DNA from: an uncultured Acidobacteriota bacterium
GTDB lineage: Bacteria; Acidobacteriota; Blastocatellia; RBC074
DNA length: 64,000 nt
Direction: 5' to 3'
NCBI GenBank assembly: GCA_963796275.1
Contig: CAWCKY010000006.1
Span: 448,001-512,000, forward strand
The position numbers and the translations under genes were made by a program. The notes below the pieces were generated by a model, which was not told where the DNA came from, did not search any database, and saw only the letters and a list, made by a program, of their open reading frames with translations. Shown here piece by piece: positions 49,318 to 61,900 of the stretch (positions within the stretch are counted from its first letter, which is position 1; each line of letters opens with the position of its first letter).

Positions 49318-50409
49318 TTAGACATTGAATCTGAACAGTACCACGTCGCCGTCTCGTACGACGTACTCTTTGCCTTCCAGCCGCATCAAACCTTTTTCTT
49401 TGGCGGCCGCCGAGGAGCCAGCTTTGATCAAATCGTCATATGAGGTCACTTCTGCCCGGATGAAGCCGCGCTCGAGGTCGGAGTGGATCGCGCCCGCCGC
49501 CTCAGGTGCTTTCGCGCCCTTGCGGATCGTCCATGCGCGCGCTTCCTTCTCGCCGGCAGTGAAATATGAAATCAAGCCGAGCGTGTGATAAGCGCTCCGA
49601 ATCAATTTACCCAGGCCGGTCTCGGTCACTCCGACGCTTGCCAGATACTGCGGCCTCTCCGCCGGATCAAGATCAACGAGGTCTGCTTCGAGTTGTGCGC
49701 TGATTACAACATAATCTTCGTCACCGGCCTGTTCGCGCACCTGCCCGATGTAGGCGGTCTCAGCTCCGCTGAGGTCCGATTCGGCGACGTTGGCTACATA
49801 GATCATCGGTTTCATGGTGAGCAGAAAGAGATGATAGGCTCGGGCTCTCTCTTCATCGGTCAGTCCCGCGTGGCGTGCAGGAATGCCTTCGTCAAAAGCT
49901 GATTGCAGTTTATCGAGAAGGGCCGTTTCTTCCTTGGCTGTCTTGTCGCCCGTCTTGGCCTGTTTGACTGTCCGTTCGCGGCGCTTCTCAACCGTGGCTA
50001 GATCGGCGAGGATCAATTCGAGATTGAGCGTTTCGATGTCGCGCCGCGGATCGATAGTCTCTTCTACGTGGACTACATTCTCGTCTTCAAAACAACGCAC
50101 GACGTGCACGATCAACTCAGTCTCGCGGATATGATGCAGAAACTGGTTCCCCAGTCCTTCCCCCTGGCTGGCGCCTTTGGCCAAACCGGCGATGTCCACG
50201 AACTCGACCGTCGCATAAACTATCTTATTCGTCTTCGCTACCTTTGCCAGTGGCTCGAGGCGTGCGTCGGGAACATTGACCACTCCCACGTTCGCCCCCG
50301 TCGTGCTGAACGGATAATTCGCGCTCTCGGCCCCGCGCGTGGCTGTGAGCGCATTGAACAAAGTTGATTTACCCACATTCGGTAATCCGACTATACCTGC
50401 TCGTAACAC
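49318..50409 (-). CDS. ychF: Redox-regulated ATPase YchF
   Basis: [18 protein letters not shown]; FVDIAGL; GEGLGNQFL; GFIRAE; EGKEYVV.DGDV..FRFNV. Confidence 0.96.
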   Translation of the reverse strand: MLRAGIVGLPNVGKSTLFNALTATRGAESANYPFSTTGANVGVVNVPDARLEPLAKVAKTNKIVYATVEFVDIAGLAKGASQGEGLGNQFLHHIRETELIVHVVRCFEDENVVHVEETIDPRRDIETLNLELILADLATVEKRRERTVKQAKTGDKTAKEETALLDKLQSAFDEGIPARHAGLTDEERARAYHLFLLTMKPMIYVANVAESDLSGAETAYIGQVREQAGDEDYVVISAQLEADLVDLDPAERPQYLASVGVTETGLGKLIRSAYHTLGLISYFTAGEKEARAWTIRKGAKAPEAAGAIHSDLERGFIRAEVTSYDDLIKAGSSAAAKEKGLMRLEGKEYVVRDGDVVLFRFNV

Positions 50410-50599
50410 TTATTGGCATTCTCCTCTTCGCTGTCTTCGCTTCGTAGCGGTTGATTTTCCTCGATTCATCAACCTCTGTCTACCGAACTAAGATCATTCG
50501 TTCAAATCTCCCGCATATTCGTCGCAGACACCACATAATCGTCGGATGCTAAAGAAGTTGTCCTCACTCGAAATATTTGACTTGTTCTTAATGGATGGA

Positions 50600-50608
50600 T
50601 GGTATAAT
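50600..50608 (+). promoter_or_regulatory. Extended -10 upstream of the HAD gene
   Basis: TGgTATAAT. Confidence 0.5.
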
Positions 50609-50641
50609 TACCGCCGTTGATTGCTAGTACAGAATCGATGA

Positions 50642-51511
50642 ATGAATTTTATGATAGTTATGGATAAAACTAATATCAAAAAACTCTTTTTATTTGCGAG
50701 TGACTTCGATCACACGCTCAGTTTTAACGATTCGGGAAATATTCTGAGCGAATTGCTGGGAGTATCGGGATTTGAACAGAAGGTGGAGGATGTTGCGCGG
50801 AAGAACCTGGTGCAGCAGGGTGGGGAACTGGCATACCTGCTTTTGCACGATCCAGATTATCGGCAGGTTCGCCAGGAGCATTTGAGTGAAGCGGGCAAGA
50901 AGATACGGCTCAAGGGTAACATTCCGCTTTTCGCCAACGTTATCAATCAAGGGATCGATGGCCATCAATTCCTCTTCTATGTGATCTCGGCCGCGCCTGA
51001 GGAGGTGATCAAATCGGCGCTTGAGAACATTATTCCGCCCGAGAATATCTTCGGCACGAAATTCGAATATCATCCGGCGACGGGTGAGATCGAGTCGATC
51101 GTCCGCGTACCCGCGGGATACGGCAAAGTGGCGGTACTCGATGAATTGCAAACAGACCTCAACATCAGTCCGGACCGCATCGTTTATGTGGGTGATGGAA
51201 GCTCGGACGTGCACGTCATGTTGCACGTGAACCGCCGCGATGGCTTCACCATCGCGGTTTCCGAGAGCAAATATATCGCTCCCATCGCCAGGCGGGCGAT
51301 AATGAGCGATGACGCGCTCAGCCCGTTGATTCCGATTCTGGAAGACATCATCGGATGGAACGATTCGAATCAGATTCGTGCTTTATTCGAATCCTGCGGG
51401 TTGCAGATTCAGGAGTGGGATAAAGTAAGAACAGACTGGTTGACGATTCGTGAACTTCCGGCAGTCACGGCCGTTGATGCAGTAAGTTACCTGGAGGTGG
51501 GCACTCTTTGA
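50642..51511 (+). CDS. HAD-superfamily hydrolase (phosphatase-like)
   Basis: SDFDHTL motif I; ISA motif II; GK; YVGDGSSD motif IV. Confidence 0.85.
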   Translation: MNFMIVMDKTNIKKLFLFASDFDHTLSFNDSGNILSELLGVSGFEQKVEDVARKNLVQQGGELAYLLLHDPDYRQVRQEHLSEAGKKIRLKGNIPLFANVINQGIDGHQFLFYVISAAPEEVIKSALENIIPPENIFGTKFEYHPATGEIESIVRVPAGYGKVAVLDELQTDLNISPDRIVYVGDGSSDVHVMLHVNRRDGFTIAVSESKYIAPIARRAIMSDDALSPLIPILEDIIGWNDSNQIRALFESCGLQIQEWDKVRTDWLTIRELPAVTAVDAVSYLEVGTL

Positions 51512-51519
51512 TGTAGTGA

Positions 51520-51570
51520 TTCACCGCAAAAGATAGAAGACCCCAAATTATTTTGATCTTTTGTGGCGAA
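51520..51570. terminator. Imperfect hairpin between convergent HAD and PfkB genes
   Basis: TTCACCGCAAAAGAT / ATCTTTTGTGGCGAA. Confidence 0.55.
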
Positions 51571-52503
51571 TCAGCTCGCTAAAAAATCATTGAGCTCAGT
51601 TTCGGTGGGCAACCCGTCGCGCGCTCCCATTTCGCGGCACTGGAGGGCTGCGACGGCGTTGGCCACACGCATCGTTTCCTCGATGCTCAGCCCCTTGCAC
51701 AAGCCATAAATGAATCCTCCGCGAAATGCGTCCCCCGCCCCGGTCGTATCGCGAATGACCGGGGGGCGAAATGCCGGCGACGCGATGAACTGCCGTTCGA
51801 CGTATGCCAGGGCCCCGCGCGATCCCTGGGTCATCGCTACCAGATAACAGCTGTATCTCTCGTTCAACCGCTTCAATGCTTCCTGCTCGTCCATTGTTCC
51901 GGTCAATTCATTGGCCAACCCTTGTGAGGTGATCAAACAGTCGACGAGAGGCAATAGTTCATCGATACCGGGATAGGCAGTGTCGAGGTCAATAGTCACC
52001 GGCATGCCCGCCTCGTGAGCCCATCCGGCCGCCCGGATCGCCGCTTTTGTGTCGAATCCGTCGAGGTGCAGCACGCGACCGCGTGTGATCAGCTCGCTCT
52101 TCAGCTCTCCGGGCTCGATTCGTGTCGCGTCGTCGTGATACCAGAGGATCGTGCGTTCGCCGGAAAACCGCTCGATAATTATCACCGCACCCTGTGTCTT
52201 GGCGGCGACTTCGATCATCACGCCCGCGCAATCGACCCCCTCTTTTTGCAGAGATTCGATCAACATGCGGCCTTCATTGTCGTATCCGACTTTACCGACA
52301 TAGCCCGCGCGCATCCCGAGGCGTTGAAGGGCGACCATTGCTGAAGACACCTGCCCGCCCGGCATTTGCCGGTGATCGCTCAATCGGACTTTTGTATTGA
52401 ATTGCGGGAATCGCGGGATCGTGACCAGGTGATCGACAGCGTTGAGGCCGAAGCCTACGACGTCGAATTCACGGTTGTCGGGAAGCGAAAGGGAGAATTT
52501 CAT
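51571..52503 (-). CDS. PfkB family carbohydrate kinase
   Basis: VVGFGLNAVD; PGGQVSSA; DTTGAGDAFRGG; start taken at MKFSL. Confidence 0.92.
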   Translation of the reverse strand: MKFSLSLPDNREFDVVGFGLNAVDHLVTIPRFPQFNTKVRLSDHRQMPGGQVSSAMVALQRLGMRAGYVGKVGYDNEGRMLIESLQKEGVDCAGVMIEVAAKTQGAVIIIERFSGERTILWYHDDATRIEPGELKSELITRGRVLHLDGFDTKAAIRAAGWAHEAGMPVTIDLDTAYPGIDELLPLVDCLITSQGLANELTGTMDEQEALKRLNERYSCYLVAMTQGSRGALAYVERQFIASPAFRPPVIRDTTGAGDAFRGGFIYGLCKGLSIEETMRVANAVAALQCREMGARDGLPTETELNDFLAS

Positions 52504-52510
52504 AGCGTCG

Positions 52511-52539
52511 ATTCTAGAAGAGAGAAGCAAAAAGGACAA
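52511..52539 (-). promoter_or_regulatory. Promoter of the pfkB-family gene (leaderless candidate), -35 inside the repeat arm
   Basis: TTGTCC-17 nt-TAGAAT-7 nt-ATG. Confidence 0.55.
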
Positions 52540-52606
52540 AAAAGAGCTAGTACGGCAAAAAAACTTTTTTGTTCTTTTTGCCTTTCTTGCCTTTTTTGCT
52601 TCCTCT
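52519..52606. repeat. Inverted 9-mer array (GCAAAAAGG / CCTTTTTGC-like) between divergent pfkB and uvrC
   Basis: GAAGCAAAAAGG ... CCTTTTTTGCTTC ends and 9-nt periodicity. Confidence 0.8.
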
Positions 52607-52617
52607 AAACTTTAACC

Positions 52618-54490
52618 ATGACGCTTGACGAGAAACTTCAAATTTTACCGGCCCAACCTGGTTGTTACCTTCACAAGAATGCGAAGGGCGAGATCCTCTA
52701 CGTCGGTAAGGCGAGGAATCTGCGTAACCGTGTACGCCAATATTTTCAAAACTCGCGCGGCTTCGACATCAAGACGCAGGAACTTGTCGCCCGCATCACC
52801 GATCTCGAATTTATCGTCACCGACACCGAGGCCGAAGCCCTCATCCTCGAATCGAACCTGATCAAGCAGCACAACCCGCGGTTCAATGTGAGGCTTAAGG
52901 ACGACAAGTCGTATCCGCATCTGAAGCTCACCATCAACGAAGAGTTCCCGCGCATCTTCAAAACGCGCCGCGTCGAAAAAGACGGCGCGGCTTATTTCGG
53001 ACCTTATCTCCCGGCGTCGCTGGCCGACAAAACGGTTTCGCTCATCAACCGCGAGTTTCAATTGAGGACGTGCTCGGATGAAGTTTATGAAATTTATAAA
53101 CGCGCCGGACGCCCCTGCATGGAATACCAGATAAAACGATGCGCCGGGCCGTGCCAGAAAGACTTGTGCAAGCCCGAACAGTATCGCGAGGCCGCTAATG
53201 ACGTGCTTCTCCTGCTCGAAGGGAAGGACAGAGAACTCGCCGAGAACCTGGAAGAGCGTATGCTCAAAGCTTCTGATGAGTTGCGGTTTGAAATGGCGGC
53301 CAAATATCGAGACTTGCTCAAAACGGTGCGCGCCTTAAGCGAGCATCAGAAAATGATGACTAAGTTCGAGGAGGATATTGACATCTTCGGCTACTATCGT
53401 GAGGCGAACCAGCTTGCGCTCCATCTCTTCACGATGCGAGAAGGCCGGATCGTCGGGCGCCGCGAATTTTATTGGGAAGATGTCTCGGTAGATAACTTCG
53501 ATCCGGCGGAATTTCTGGGCTCGGTGCTGGAGCAATACTATACCATCGGCAATTACGTCCCTCTTGAAATTCACGTGCCGGTAGACTGGCCGGACCGTGA
53601 ACTGCTCGAGGAGGTCTTGAGCGGCAAACGCGGGACGCGCGTCCAGATACCTCGATCCGCAGCGCGGCCGGAAGCGCGCGCTAATAGATCTGGTCGAAAA
53701 GAACGCGAAGCTGGGGTTCGATCAGCGCTTCCGGGTCATCAAGCCCGACTGGACGCGCATCCTATCCGAGCTACAGGAAACCCTGGCTCTTCCCCAATAC
53801 CCCAGGCTCATCGAATCATTCGACGTCTCGAATATTCAAGGCTCCGAGAACGTCGCGGCTATGGTCGTCTGCGAAGAGGGTGAGATGAAGAAGGGCGGAT
53901 ATCGCAAATTTATCATCAGGACGGTCGAGGGCGCCGACGATTTCGCTTCCATGCGCGAAGCCGTATCGCGCCGCTACTCGCGTCTTATGCGCGAAGATAA
54001 ACGACTGCCGGACCTCGTATTGATCGACGGAGGCAAAGGGCAATTGTCCGCGTCTGCCGCGGCATTGCACGAGATCGGTCTGGCAGATCTGCCGCTGGTT
54101 GGCATAGTCAAGCCCCGCGGCCGCCATGACGAGATCAGCCACCTGCTGGTGAAGGGGAGGGAAGACGAGCCGATCTTTCTGGAGAAGACCTCTCCCGCGA
54201 TGCGGCTGGTGCGAATGATACGCGATGAGACGCACCGGTTCGCCGTGAGCTTTCATCGGCAGCGGCGCACGATGCGAGACTTTCAATCCGAACTGACATC
54301 GATCCCCGGGATCGGAGAGAAATTGAAGGAGAGATTATTGCGAAATTTCGGGAGCCTGAAGAGGGTGGGAGAAGCGACTGTGGCCGAGTTGCGGCCTTTC
54401 GTCGGCCAGAAGCAGGCGGAGAGGATCGTTGAACATTTTAATCGTGAGCGAAAAAATGATGAAGAATACGAAACAAACGATCAAGCCTGA
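52618..54490 (+). CDS. uvrC: Excinuclease ABC subunit C, frame broken near 53650
   Basis: PGCY...YVGKARNLRNRVRQYF; DDKSYP; the shifted frame gives IESFDVSN, LIDGGKGQL, RDETHRFA, IPGIG. Confidence 0.93.
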
Positions 54491-54519
54491 TATACCGTTC
54501 GTTTCGCATTCTTCTCTTT

Positions 54520-57338
54520 TCATCGCTGCTTTGATATCTGGTCAAGCACCGCCCCGAGCTGATTTATCTCCTCGCCGTAACGCGCCCAATTGCCTTCGCG
54601 CTGCGCCTGGATGGCGCGGTCGTAATGTTGTTTGGCTTGAGATGCCAGGCCTTGAAGGCTCGGTGACGGCGGCGCTTCCGGAGACGCTGCGTCAGGCGGC
54701 GAGCCGGAGGCCAGCGGCTCCTCGGGAGTGCGCGAAGTAGACGGGGGCGCACTTCCGAAGATTCTCGCGATACTCGCCTCAAGCGTCTCTTCCATCGCAA
54801 TGCGATTCTCGGCGGCTACGATCACCCGCTTCAGCTCCGGTATCCTTCCACTTTCCGATCTCAGATATAAAGGTTGGACATAGATCAATGACTCCTTGAT
54901 CGGGATCACCAGAAGGGTGCCGAAAATTACGGTCGATCCGCGTTGGTTCCACAGCGAGACCTGGCGCGAAATTTCCGCGTCCTGACTTATCAAGCCGGCG
55001 ACCTGTTTCGGGCCATAAATCAGTTTTTGTTTGGGGAATCGATAAACTCGCAACCTCCCGTAATTTTCTTCATCGGCGCGCGCTACCATCCATGCCGAGA
55101 GGTTATTCTTGCTGGCCGGGGTGAAGGGGAGCATCAGAATGAACTCTTCCTTCTTTTCGCCGGGGAGCTTCATGACGGTGTAGTAGGGCTCCATAGTCTG
55201 CGGCTTTCCATCAGCCGCCGAAACCGAGGCTACCTCCCACTGATCCTCCTTGTTATAGAAAATCTGCGGTTGATCCATGTGGTAGGACGAATAGATCGCG
55301 GTCTGAAAATTGAAAATATCTTCCGGGTAGCGCAGGTGTGATCGGAGGTCGGGCGACATTTCGCTGAGCGGCCTGAGGATGCCGGGGAATATCTTCGCCC
55401 AGGTCTGAATCAGCGGATCGCTTTCGTCGGCAATGTAAAGTTTGGTGTGCCCGTGATAAGCATCTATCACGGCTTTAACAGAGTTGCGAATGTAATTGAT
55501 CCCGCTGATCGGCTCAGAGTAGGGATAGCGGTCGCTGTGGGTGTAAGCATCTGCAATCCAGTAGAGACGCCCATCCGAGATCACCAGGTAAGGGTCCTGA
55601 TCGAACATCAGGAACGGGGCGATTCGAGCGAGCCGCTCGCGGATGTTGCGATGGTAAAGAACGCGGCTATCGGGTGTCATCGCATTCGATAGGAGCAGCT
55701 TCATATCGGCGAATCGGGCTGCGAAGAGCAGCTTACGCCAGAATGAGCCGATCGAAACCCCGCCTTCGCCATCATAGTGGGAGTACACGTTATCCTCACC
55801 GGATGGATAGTTGAACTCCTTGGACGACGTCTTGACGTAGACCGGGTCGTGTTCCATCTCTCCGTAGTAGATACTCAGGTCTGGTGACATTGAGCGATGG
55901 AACGGAAGAGTTCGGCGGAAGGTCCTTGATGAAGAGGACGGGCAATCCCGTAGGGGTCACCTGATTTACTGGCCCCAGCGCGAGGCCGAAGCCATGCAGT
56001 ATAGGTCAACCGTTCGTTGATCCAGTTACGAGTAGGAAGGCTCCCGACGGAGAGCTCGCGCGGCGAGATCATTGTTTGCCGCAGCTCCCCTCCGATGTGG
56101 TAGCGGTCGTTGTCTACCGATTGAAACTTGTAGTAGGTACGAATCTCCTGGATCTGGGCGAATGTTTCGAGCAATGGCCGGTGATCCCAAAGACGGATAT
56201 TATTTATCGTTTGTTTGTTTTGCTGAATATCCTGCTGAGTGAGCCCCATATCGCCTGTCAACTCGGCCTCTTCGATCCGGTCGAGCGCGAACGCCTTGCG
56301 GGTGGCCGCGATGTTATTAATGATATACGGCGATTCTTTCGCCAGCTCGTTGGGGATCACCGAAAAGCGCTGCACGAAAGCCGGGTAGAGCCAGCCGACG
56401 AAGGTTGCGACCAGGATGTAGACCGCGAATCCCACAATCAGCAACCTGTTTCTGAATACGAACATGCTGACGATAGCGAGCGCTGAGACGAGCAGCGCTG
56501 CGAAGATCTCGACCCATAACACCGGCAGCTCGGCATTCACGTCGGTATAGCTCGCGCCCTGGATAGGGCCTCTGGTCGAGTAGAGCAGCTTAGGTATATC
56601 GATCCAGGCGCGCCAGGCGAGTATGAGAAAGACCGCCGCCACCAGCGCGAAAAGATGCTTGCGCGGGCCGCGATCGATCTCGATTGCAGTCCTGAAGAAC
56701 CTGAAACTGTTGCGTATCAAATAGATTACGATCGTCGAGATGAGCGCCGCCGCCGCAAGCGTGAGAGCCAGTTGTGAAGCGACCTCCAGGAGCGGCAGGG
56801 TGAAGATGTAAAACGCGATGTCTCGCCCGAAGGGTGAGGGAGCGGTATCTCCGAACGGCGTCTGATGACGATACTTGAGAATGACATCCCACGACTCCCA
56901 TATCCGCAAGCCAAAAAATATGCCGGCGAGCAGAGAAGCGGGGAGCGCCCACCGCTCGATAATTCGACCCAGATCGGGCAGCGAAACCCTCTCATTATTG
57001 ACATTCAAATAATGCACACGCCCGGAGCCGGCTGAACTCAGGCGTATAGCCAGTTTCAAGTTGAGCCAGAGGAAAAGCGCCGCCAGCAGGCCGCCGATGA
57101 GTCCCAGTATGAATTTCATCCTGAGCACCGTCAGGAAGACGTTCTCAAATCCCACCTCTTTGAACCATAGCCAGTCGGAATAGAAACTCGCCATTCCGGG
57201 CAACAGGACGAAGAGAAGAATCGCAATCGGCAATAACCATAGCCAGAGCGGTTTTCTCCTGCCGATCATACTCGGCCTGTCTCTTTCGTGACCATCATCT
57301 TTATCGTCGAATCTGTCGAATCTATCGTCGAATTGCAT
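54520..57338 (-). CDS. UPF0182 family membrane protein, frame broken near 55997 and 55873
   Basis: [10 protein letters not shown]; GASYTDV; NIRLWD; after correction YTHGFG and RPEIYYGE; NYIRNSVK; RYPEDIF; YVQPLYL. Confidence 0.88.
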
Positions 57339-57427
57339 CTTCTCCTCCCATTGAATGCGGGCTGCGGGTCGCAGGTTTAAGAGGAAGACTTTCTATCGGC
57401 GATCAGCAATTTCGCGACCGCGATCGC

Positions 57428-58186
57428 TCATCTTCCTCCATCGATCCCGAAGACTTCGCCGGTGATAAAACTGGCCTCATCAGACGCCAAAAAAGCGACG
57501 AGTTCCGCGACTTCTTCCGGCGAGCCTGCGCGTTGGAGTGGAGTGGCGTTTATTACATCCTGAAGTCGATCAGGGCGGGAGAATTGATCGTGAAACGGGG
57601 TGAAGATTATCCCGGGCGCAACAGCGTTCACCGTGACATTATAAGAGCCGAGTTCGTTAGCCAGACCCCTGGTCAATGTGTTGACTCCGGCTTTCGCCGC
57701 GGCATAAGGCAATGAGCCGCCGCGGCCGCCCAGTTGCGCCGCCAGCGAGGAGATGTTAATGATGCGCCCGCTGCGTTGCTCTTTGAGATGAGGCATCACC
57801 GCTTGCGCGCAGAGAAAGACGCTTTTGAGATTCACGTCCACCACCGCATCCCAAACATCGTCCGTGCAATCCTCGATGCGCATAAGTTTGATGATACTTC
57901 CGGCGTTGTTGACCAGGATATCGATCCGTCCGAAGTAATCGACCGTCTCCGCCACCATTCGCGTGACGTCCTCGCGCTTCGTCACATCGGCGCAAACGCT
58001 CATCGCATTGCGTCGCATCGCCTGGATTTCCGCGACCGTTTCGGCTGCGCCGCTCTCGCTCTTGAGATAGTTGACGACAACTGCCGAGCCGTTGCGCGCC
58101 AGCGCGATTGCCGACGCCCGCCCGATGCCGGTGCCCGACCCGGTCACGATTGACACTTTTCCTCGAAGATCGTATTGAGCTGCCAT
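57428..58186 (-). CDS. SDR family oxidoreductase (FabG-like)
   Basis: TGSGTGIG; LVNNAG; YAAAK; VNAVAPG. Confidence 0.93.
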   Translation of the reverse strand: MAAQYDLRGKVSIVTGSGTGIGRASAIALARNGSAVVVNYLKSESGAAETVAEIQAMRRNAMSVCADVTKREDVTRMVAETVDYFGRIDILVNNAGSIIKLMRIEDCTDDVWDAVVDVNLKSVFLCAQAVMPHLKEQRSGRIINISSLAAQLGGRGGSLPYAAAKAGVNTLTRGLANELGSYNVTVNAVAPGIIFTPFHDQFSRPDRLQDVINATPLQRAGSPEEVAELVAFLASDEASFITGEVFGIDGGR

Positions 58187-58195
58187 AGAATCGAG

Positions 58196-59548
58196 CTATC
58201 CCTGAAAGTACTTCCGGTCCTTCAATCTCTCCGGCAGGCAAACCATCCCGGTTTTGCTTCCGCCCTGATCGTGTGCGTATTGATAGCCTTTGCCGTAGCC
58301 CATCCCTTTCATCAACCCGGTCGGCGCATTGCGCAGATGCAGAGGTACTGGTTCAGCCTGCGTAGCGCGCGCATCTTCGGCCGCGGCCTCATAGGCCAGT
58401 AAAACATTATTCGATTTAGGCGCGTGCGCCAGGTATATAGTCGCCTCTGCCAGTGCCAACCGCGCTTCCGGAAGGCCGATCATGTGGGTCGCCTCTGCGG
58501 CGGCGGTGGCGATGACGAGCGCCTGCGGATCGGCCATGCCGATATCTTCCGCAGCGTGATGGGTGATTCGACGCGCGATATACATCGGATCTTCCCCGCC
58601 CTCGATCATCCGCGCGAGCCAGTAAAGCGCGGCGTCCGCATCCGAATTTCGTATCGACTTAATAAAAGCAGAGATAAGATTGTAATGCTGTTCGCCGGAT
58701 TTGTCATAAACCGCAGTAGCGCGTTGCAAGGCTTCGCGCAAATCATCGTCGCTGATCGGGCGGGCGCCGTTCTCATCCAATACCGCCGAAGTGACGGCCA
58801 GTTCGAGCGTGTTGAGCGCGACGCGGGCATCACCTCCAGCGTAGCCGGCCAACAGGCGCAACTGCTCTTCGCCGACCAGAGCATTGAGGCTGCCGAGCCC
58901 GCGCTCGCGGTCGTTGAGCGCCTCCCGCAATATCTTTACCAGTTCGTCCTCATTCAGTTGATTGAGGACGAATACTTTAACGCGCGAGAGCAATGCCGAA
59001 TTGATCTCAAATGACGGATTTTCAGTAGTCGCGCCCACGAGAATGATCGTCCCGTTCTCGACATAAGGCAGAAAAGCATCCTGTTGCGCGCGGTTGAAGC
59101 GATGGATCTCGTCAATGAAAAGCACGGTGCGGCGTCCCAGAGCCGATCGGAAATCCGCCGCTTCTTTCATCACTTGGCGGATCTCCTTGATGCCGGAGAC
59201 GACGGCGCTGAAGCGGACGAACTCCGACGCCGTGCTCTGCGCAATGATGCTGGCCAGCGTCGTCTTGCCCGTCCCCGGCGGTCCCCAGAAGATCAACGAT
59301 GTCACGCTGTCTCCTTCGATCGCCCTGCGCAATAGTTTTCCCCGCCCCAGCAAGTGTTCCTGCCCGATGAACTCATCGAGCGTTCGCGGGCGCATTCGCT
59401 CGGCGAGCGGCGCCTTCGCCGACACGCTCCCCCCGCTCTGCTCGGATTTAATGGGCATCCTTTGCCGTGCGGTCCTCTCCTCCACTCCCGCCAGCTCGGG
59501 CAGCTCGGGAAAGAGCCTCGCTTCATCCTGTTCTCTTTCACCCGGCAT
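58196..59548 (-). CDS. rarA: Replication-associated recombination protein A (RarA/MgsA)
   Basis: PLAERMRP; WGPPGTGKT; DEIHRFN; ATTENPSF; EDIGMADP; [10 protein letters not shown]; start set by the extended -10 upstream. Confidence 0.94.
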   Translation of the reverse strand: MPGEREQDEARLFPELPELAGVEERTARQRMPIKSEQSGGSVSAKAPLAERMRPRTLDEFIGQEHLLGRGKLLRRAIEGDSVTSLIFWGPPGTGKTTLASIIAQSTASEFVRFSAVVSGIKEIRQVMKEAADFRSALGRRTVLFIDEIHRFNRAQQDAFLPYVENGTIILVGATTENPSFEINSALLSRVKVFVLNQLNEDELVKILREALNDRERGLGSLNALVGEEQLRLLAGYAGGDARVALNTLELAVTSAVLDENGARPISDDDLREALQRATAVYDKSGEQHYNLISAFIKSIRNSDADAALYWLARMIEGGEDPMYIARRITHHAAEDIGMADPQALVIATAAAEATHMIGLPEARLALAEATIYLAHAPKSNNVLLAYEAAAEDARATQAEPVPLHLRNAPTGLMKGMGYGKGYQYAHDQGGSKTGMVCLPERLKDRKYFQG

Positions 59549-59741
59549 GGGCGAAGCATAGCACGATCCGGGCAAGAAAACTCTTTCCCTCTGTATATTT
59601 ATCACATCTCGTCTAACCCCTTTTTTACTTGCTGGTGAGATGGTAATACCATGTGATTATTAGAATATCTACTATTGAGCGGCGAAAAATTTTATCCGGC
59701 AATCAAGTCAAAAACTTACGTCATTTAGCGTAAGGGGTGTA

Positions 59742-59771
59742 TTGACGGATGGTTCCCGCAATACCTAGCAT
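59742..59771 (+). promoter_or_regulatory. Putative promoter of the SprT-like gene
   Basis: TTGACG-18 nt-TAGCAT. Confidence 0.5.
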
Positions 59772-59861
59772 GCCGCCCAGGTTAAGCCGAACTTTTACCG
59801 GGCGTTGATGGGGGGTAGGGTTTGGGTCCTAATTTTATTGTTCTTTGAGGTGATTAAACAT

Positions 59862-60569
59862 ATGTCGTCGGGGGAGTCTTCTCTAAAAATGCACTTTGCC
59901 GAAGCTTTCCGCCAGATCACAAAGCGGCAGGATTCGCCGGAAATTCATGTTACATTTTATCCTTTTGCCGGGCTAAACCACACAATTCGTATCCGCAAGC
60001 AGCGTGTTTATGTACGCGTGTCAGATATCCTGCGCGATGCACCGCAGAAGGTATACCGGGCGCTCGCATTCATACTGGTCTCGAAGCTCTTCAATAAACG
60101 AGCGGTAGATGAACATGAAAAACTCTACCGCCAGTACGCATATCAACCCCAGGTCTTACGCGCATCGGACCTCGCGCGACTAAAACGTGGCCGTAAGATC
60201 GTCACCAGCTCGGTAGGTCGCATATATAATCTGGACAAGATTTTCGCCCGCCTCAATCGTCGATATTTCGGCAATGAATTATCCAAACCGACGCTCAGTT
60301 GGAGCGCGCGGCGCACCAAACGGATTCTGGGACACCACGACTACGTGCACGACACGATCGTCATCAGCCGTTCGCTCGACAGTGCGTATGTGGCGGAGTA
60401 TCTGGTCGAATATGTGCTCTATCATGAAATGCTCCATATGAAGCATCGCCCGCGCGTCGTCAATGGCCGCCGGGTCTATCACACCGCGGCCTTCCGCGCT
60501 GACGAACGCCGCTTCGTCCTCTATGAAGAAGCTATCGAAGAGTTGGAGAAGGTGGCGAATCGCAGGTGA
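59862..60569 (+). CDS. SprT-like / YgjP-like HExxH metalloprotein
   Basis: LNRRYF; LGH; YVLYHEMLH; HTAAFR; GAGGTG SD before ATG 59862. Confidence 0.8.
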   Translation: MSSGESSLKMHFAEAFRQITKRQDSPEIHVTFYPFAGLNHTIRIRKQRVYVRVSDILRDAPQKVYRALAFILVSKLFNKRAVDEHEKLYRQYAYQPQVLRASDLARLKRGRKIVTSSVGRIYNLDKIFARLNRRYFGNELSKPTLSWSARRTKRILGHHDYVHDTIVISRSLDSAYVAEYLVEYVLYHEMLHMKHRPRVVNGRRVYHTAAFRADERRFVLYEEAIEELEKVANRR

Positions 60570-60647
60570 AGAGCGTGAGAAGGGCGGGGGGTGAATCGAT
60601 AGTTTTCCTGCAGGTTCTCCCGCTCTCCCATTCTCCCACTCCCCCGG
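60570..60647. repeat. Degenerate inverted octamer array (GAGCGGGA-like / TCCCGCTC)
   Basis: TCCCGCTC TCCCATTC TCCCACTC right arm; purine-rich left arm. Confidence 0.65.
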
Positions 60648-60663
60648 TCTTTCGTATCAATGT

Positions 60664-61792
60664 ATGCATATCGGAATTGATGCCCACGCGATCGGCGCCC
60701 GGCAGGGCGGAAATGAAACCTACATAGGGAATCTGATTAAATCACTGGCCGAAGTCGACGGTGATAACCGCTACACGCTCTACCTCGCGAATGCCGATGC
60801 AGCCGCCAGATGGCGAGCCGGGTTCGCCAAACAATATCCCAATTTTGATGTGAGGCTGTTACCTCCTCCCACGCCGCTGGTCCGTGTTCCGGTTGCGCTG
60901 GAATTCGAACTGCGTCTACGCCCTGTCGATGTGCTACATGTGCAATTCACGGCGCCCCTTTTCTGTCCGGTTCCCGTCATCGCGACTATCCACGATCTCG
61001 CCTTCGAGCATATGCCCGAGACCTTCACCAGGCGCGGGAGTCTGCAACTGAAATTGACCGTCAGGTGGACGGCGAAGAGAGCCGCGCGCATCGCGACTGT
61101 TTCCGAGTATTCACGACAGGATTTGATAAAAACGTACAAACTGCCGCCCGAAAAGGTGGTAGTCACGCATAACGGGATCGGGCCGCTCTTCTCGGCAAAA
61201 CCGGCCTCAACCGGCGAATTGCAAGAATTACGCCATCGATTCGGGATTGAGCGCGATTTCATTCTGGCGGTCGGCAGTCTGCAACCGCGCAAAAATCTGG
61301 TGCGATTGATAAGAGCCTATTCCCATCTACGCAGCCGGAATGACGGCTTCGATCATCAACTCGTGATCGTCGGACGCAAGTTATGGCTCGCCAACGAGAT
61401 TTTCGCGGAAGTGAAGAGACAGGACATGGGCCCGTGATGTCATCCTGACCGGTTATGTATCGGATGATGATCTGGCGGCTTTTTATCGCGCCGCCTATGC
61501 ATTCGTCTACCCTTCGCTCTTCGAAGGGTTCGGAATTCCGCCGCTCGAGGCGATGGCCTGCGGAACGCCTGTTGTCACGAGCAACACATCGAGTTTGCCT
61601 GAGGTGGTGGGCGACGCCGCACTCCTGATCGATCCTTACGACGAACGCGACCTGGCCAACGCTCTGCTCAAGATCGTCTATGACGAGAAATTGCGTGCGG
61701 TTTTGCGGGAGCGGGGATTTGTGCAGTCGAAGAAATTCACCTGGCGCAACGCGGCTGAGAAGACATTGCAGCTTTACCGGGAGGCCGGCTGA
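60664..61792 (+). CDS. Glycosyltransferase family 4, frame broken near 61423
   Basis: IGIDA; TIHDL; TVSEYS; VGSLQPRKN; the shifted frame gives [19 protein letters not shown]. Confidence 0.9.
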
Positions 61793-61820
61793 AGGCTACG
61801 GCATCCGCGACGCACGAGCA

Positions 61821-61862
61821 AGAAGATGTGGATAGATCGCAAATCTACCCACCTCTCCTTCT
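61821..61862. terminator. Hairpin between convergent genes
   Basis: GTGGATAGAT-CGCAA-ATCTACCCAC with AGAAG / CTTCT outer pairing. Confidence 0.5.
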
Positions 61863-61900
61863 ATGAATTCTCGGTGACCAGCCTTTTTCGCAATCCGAAA

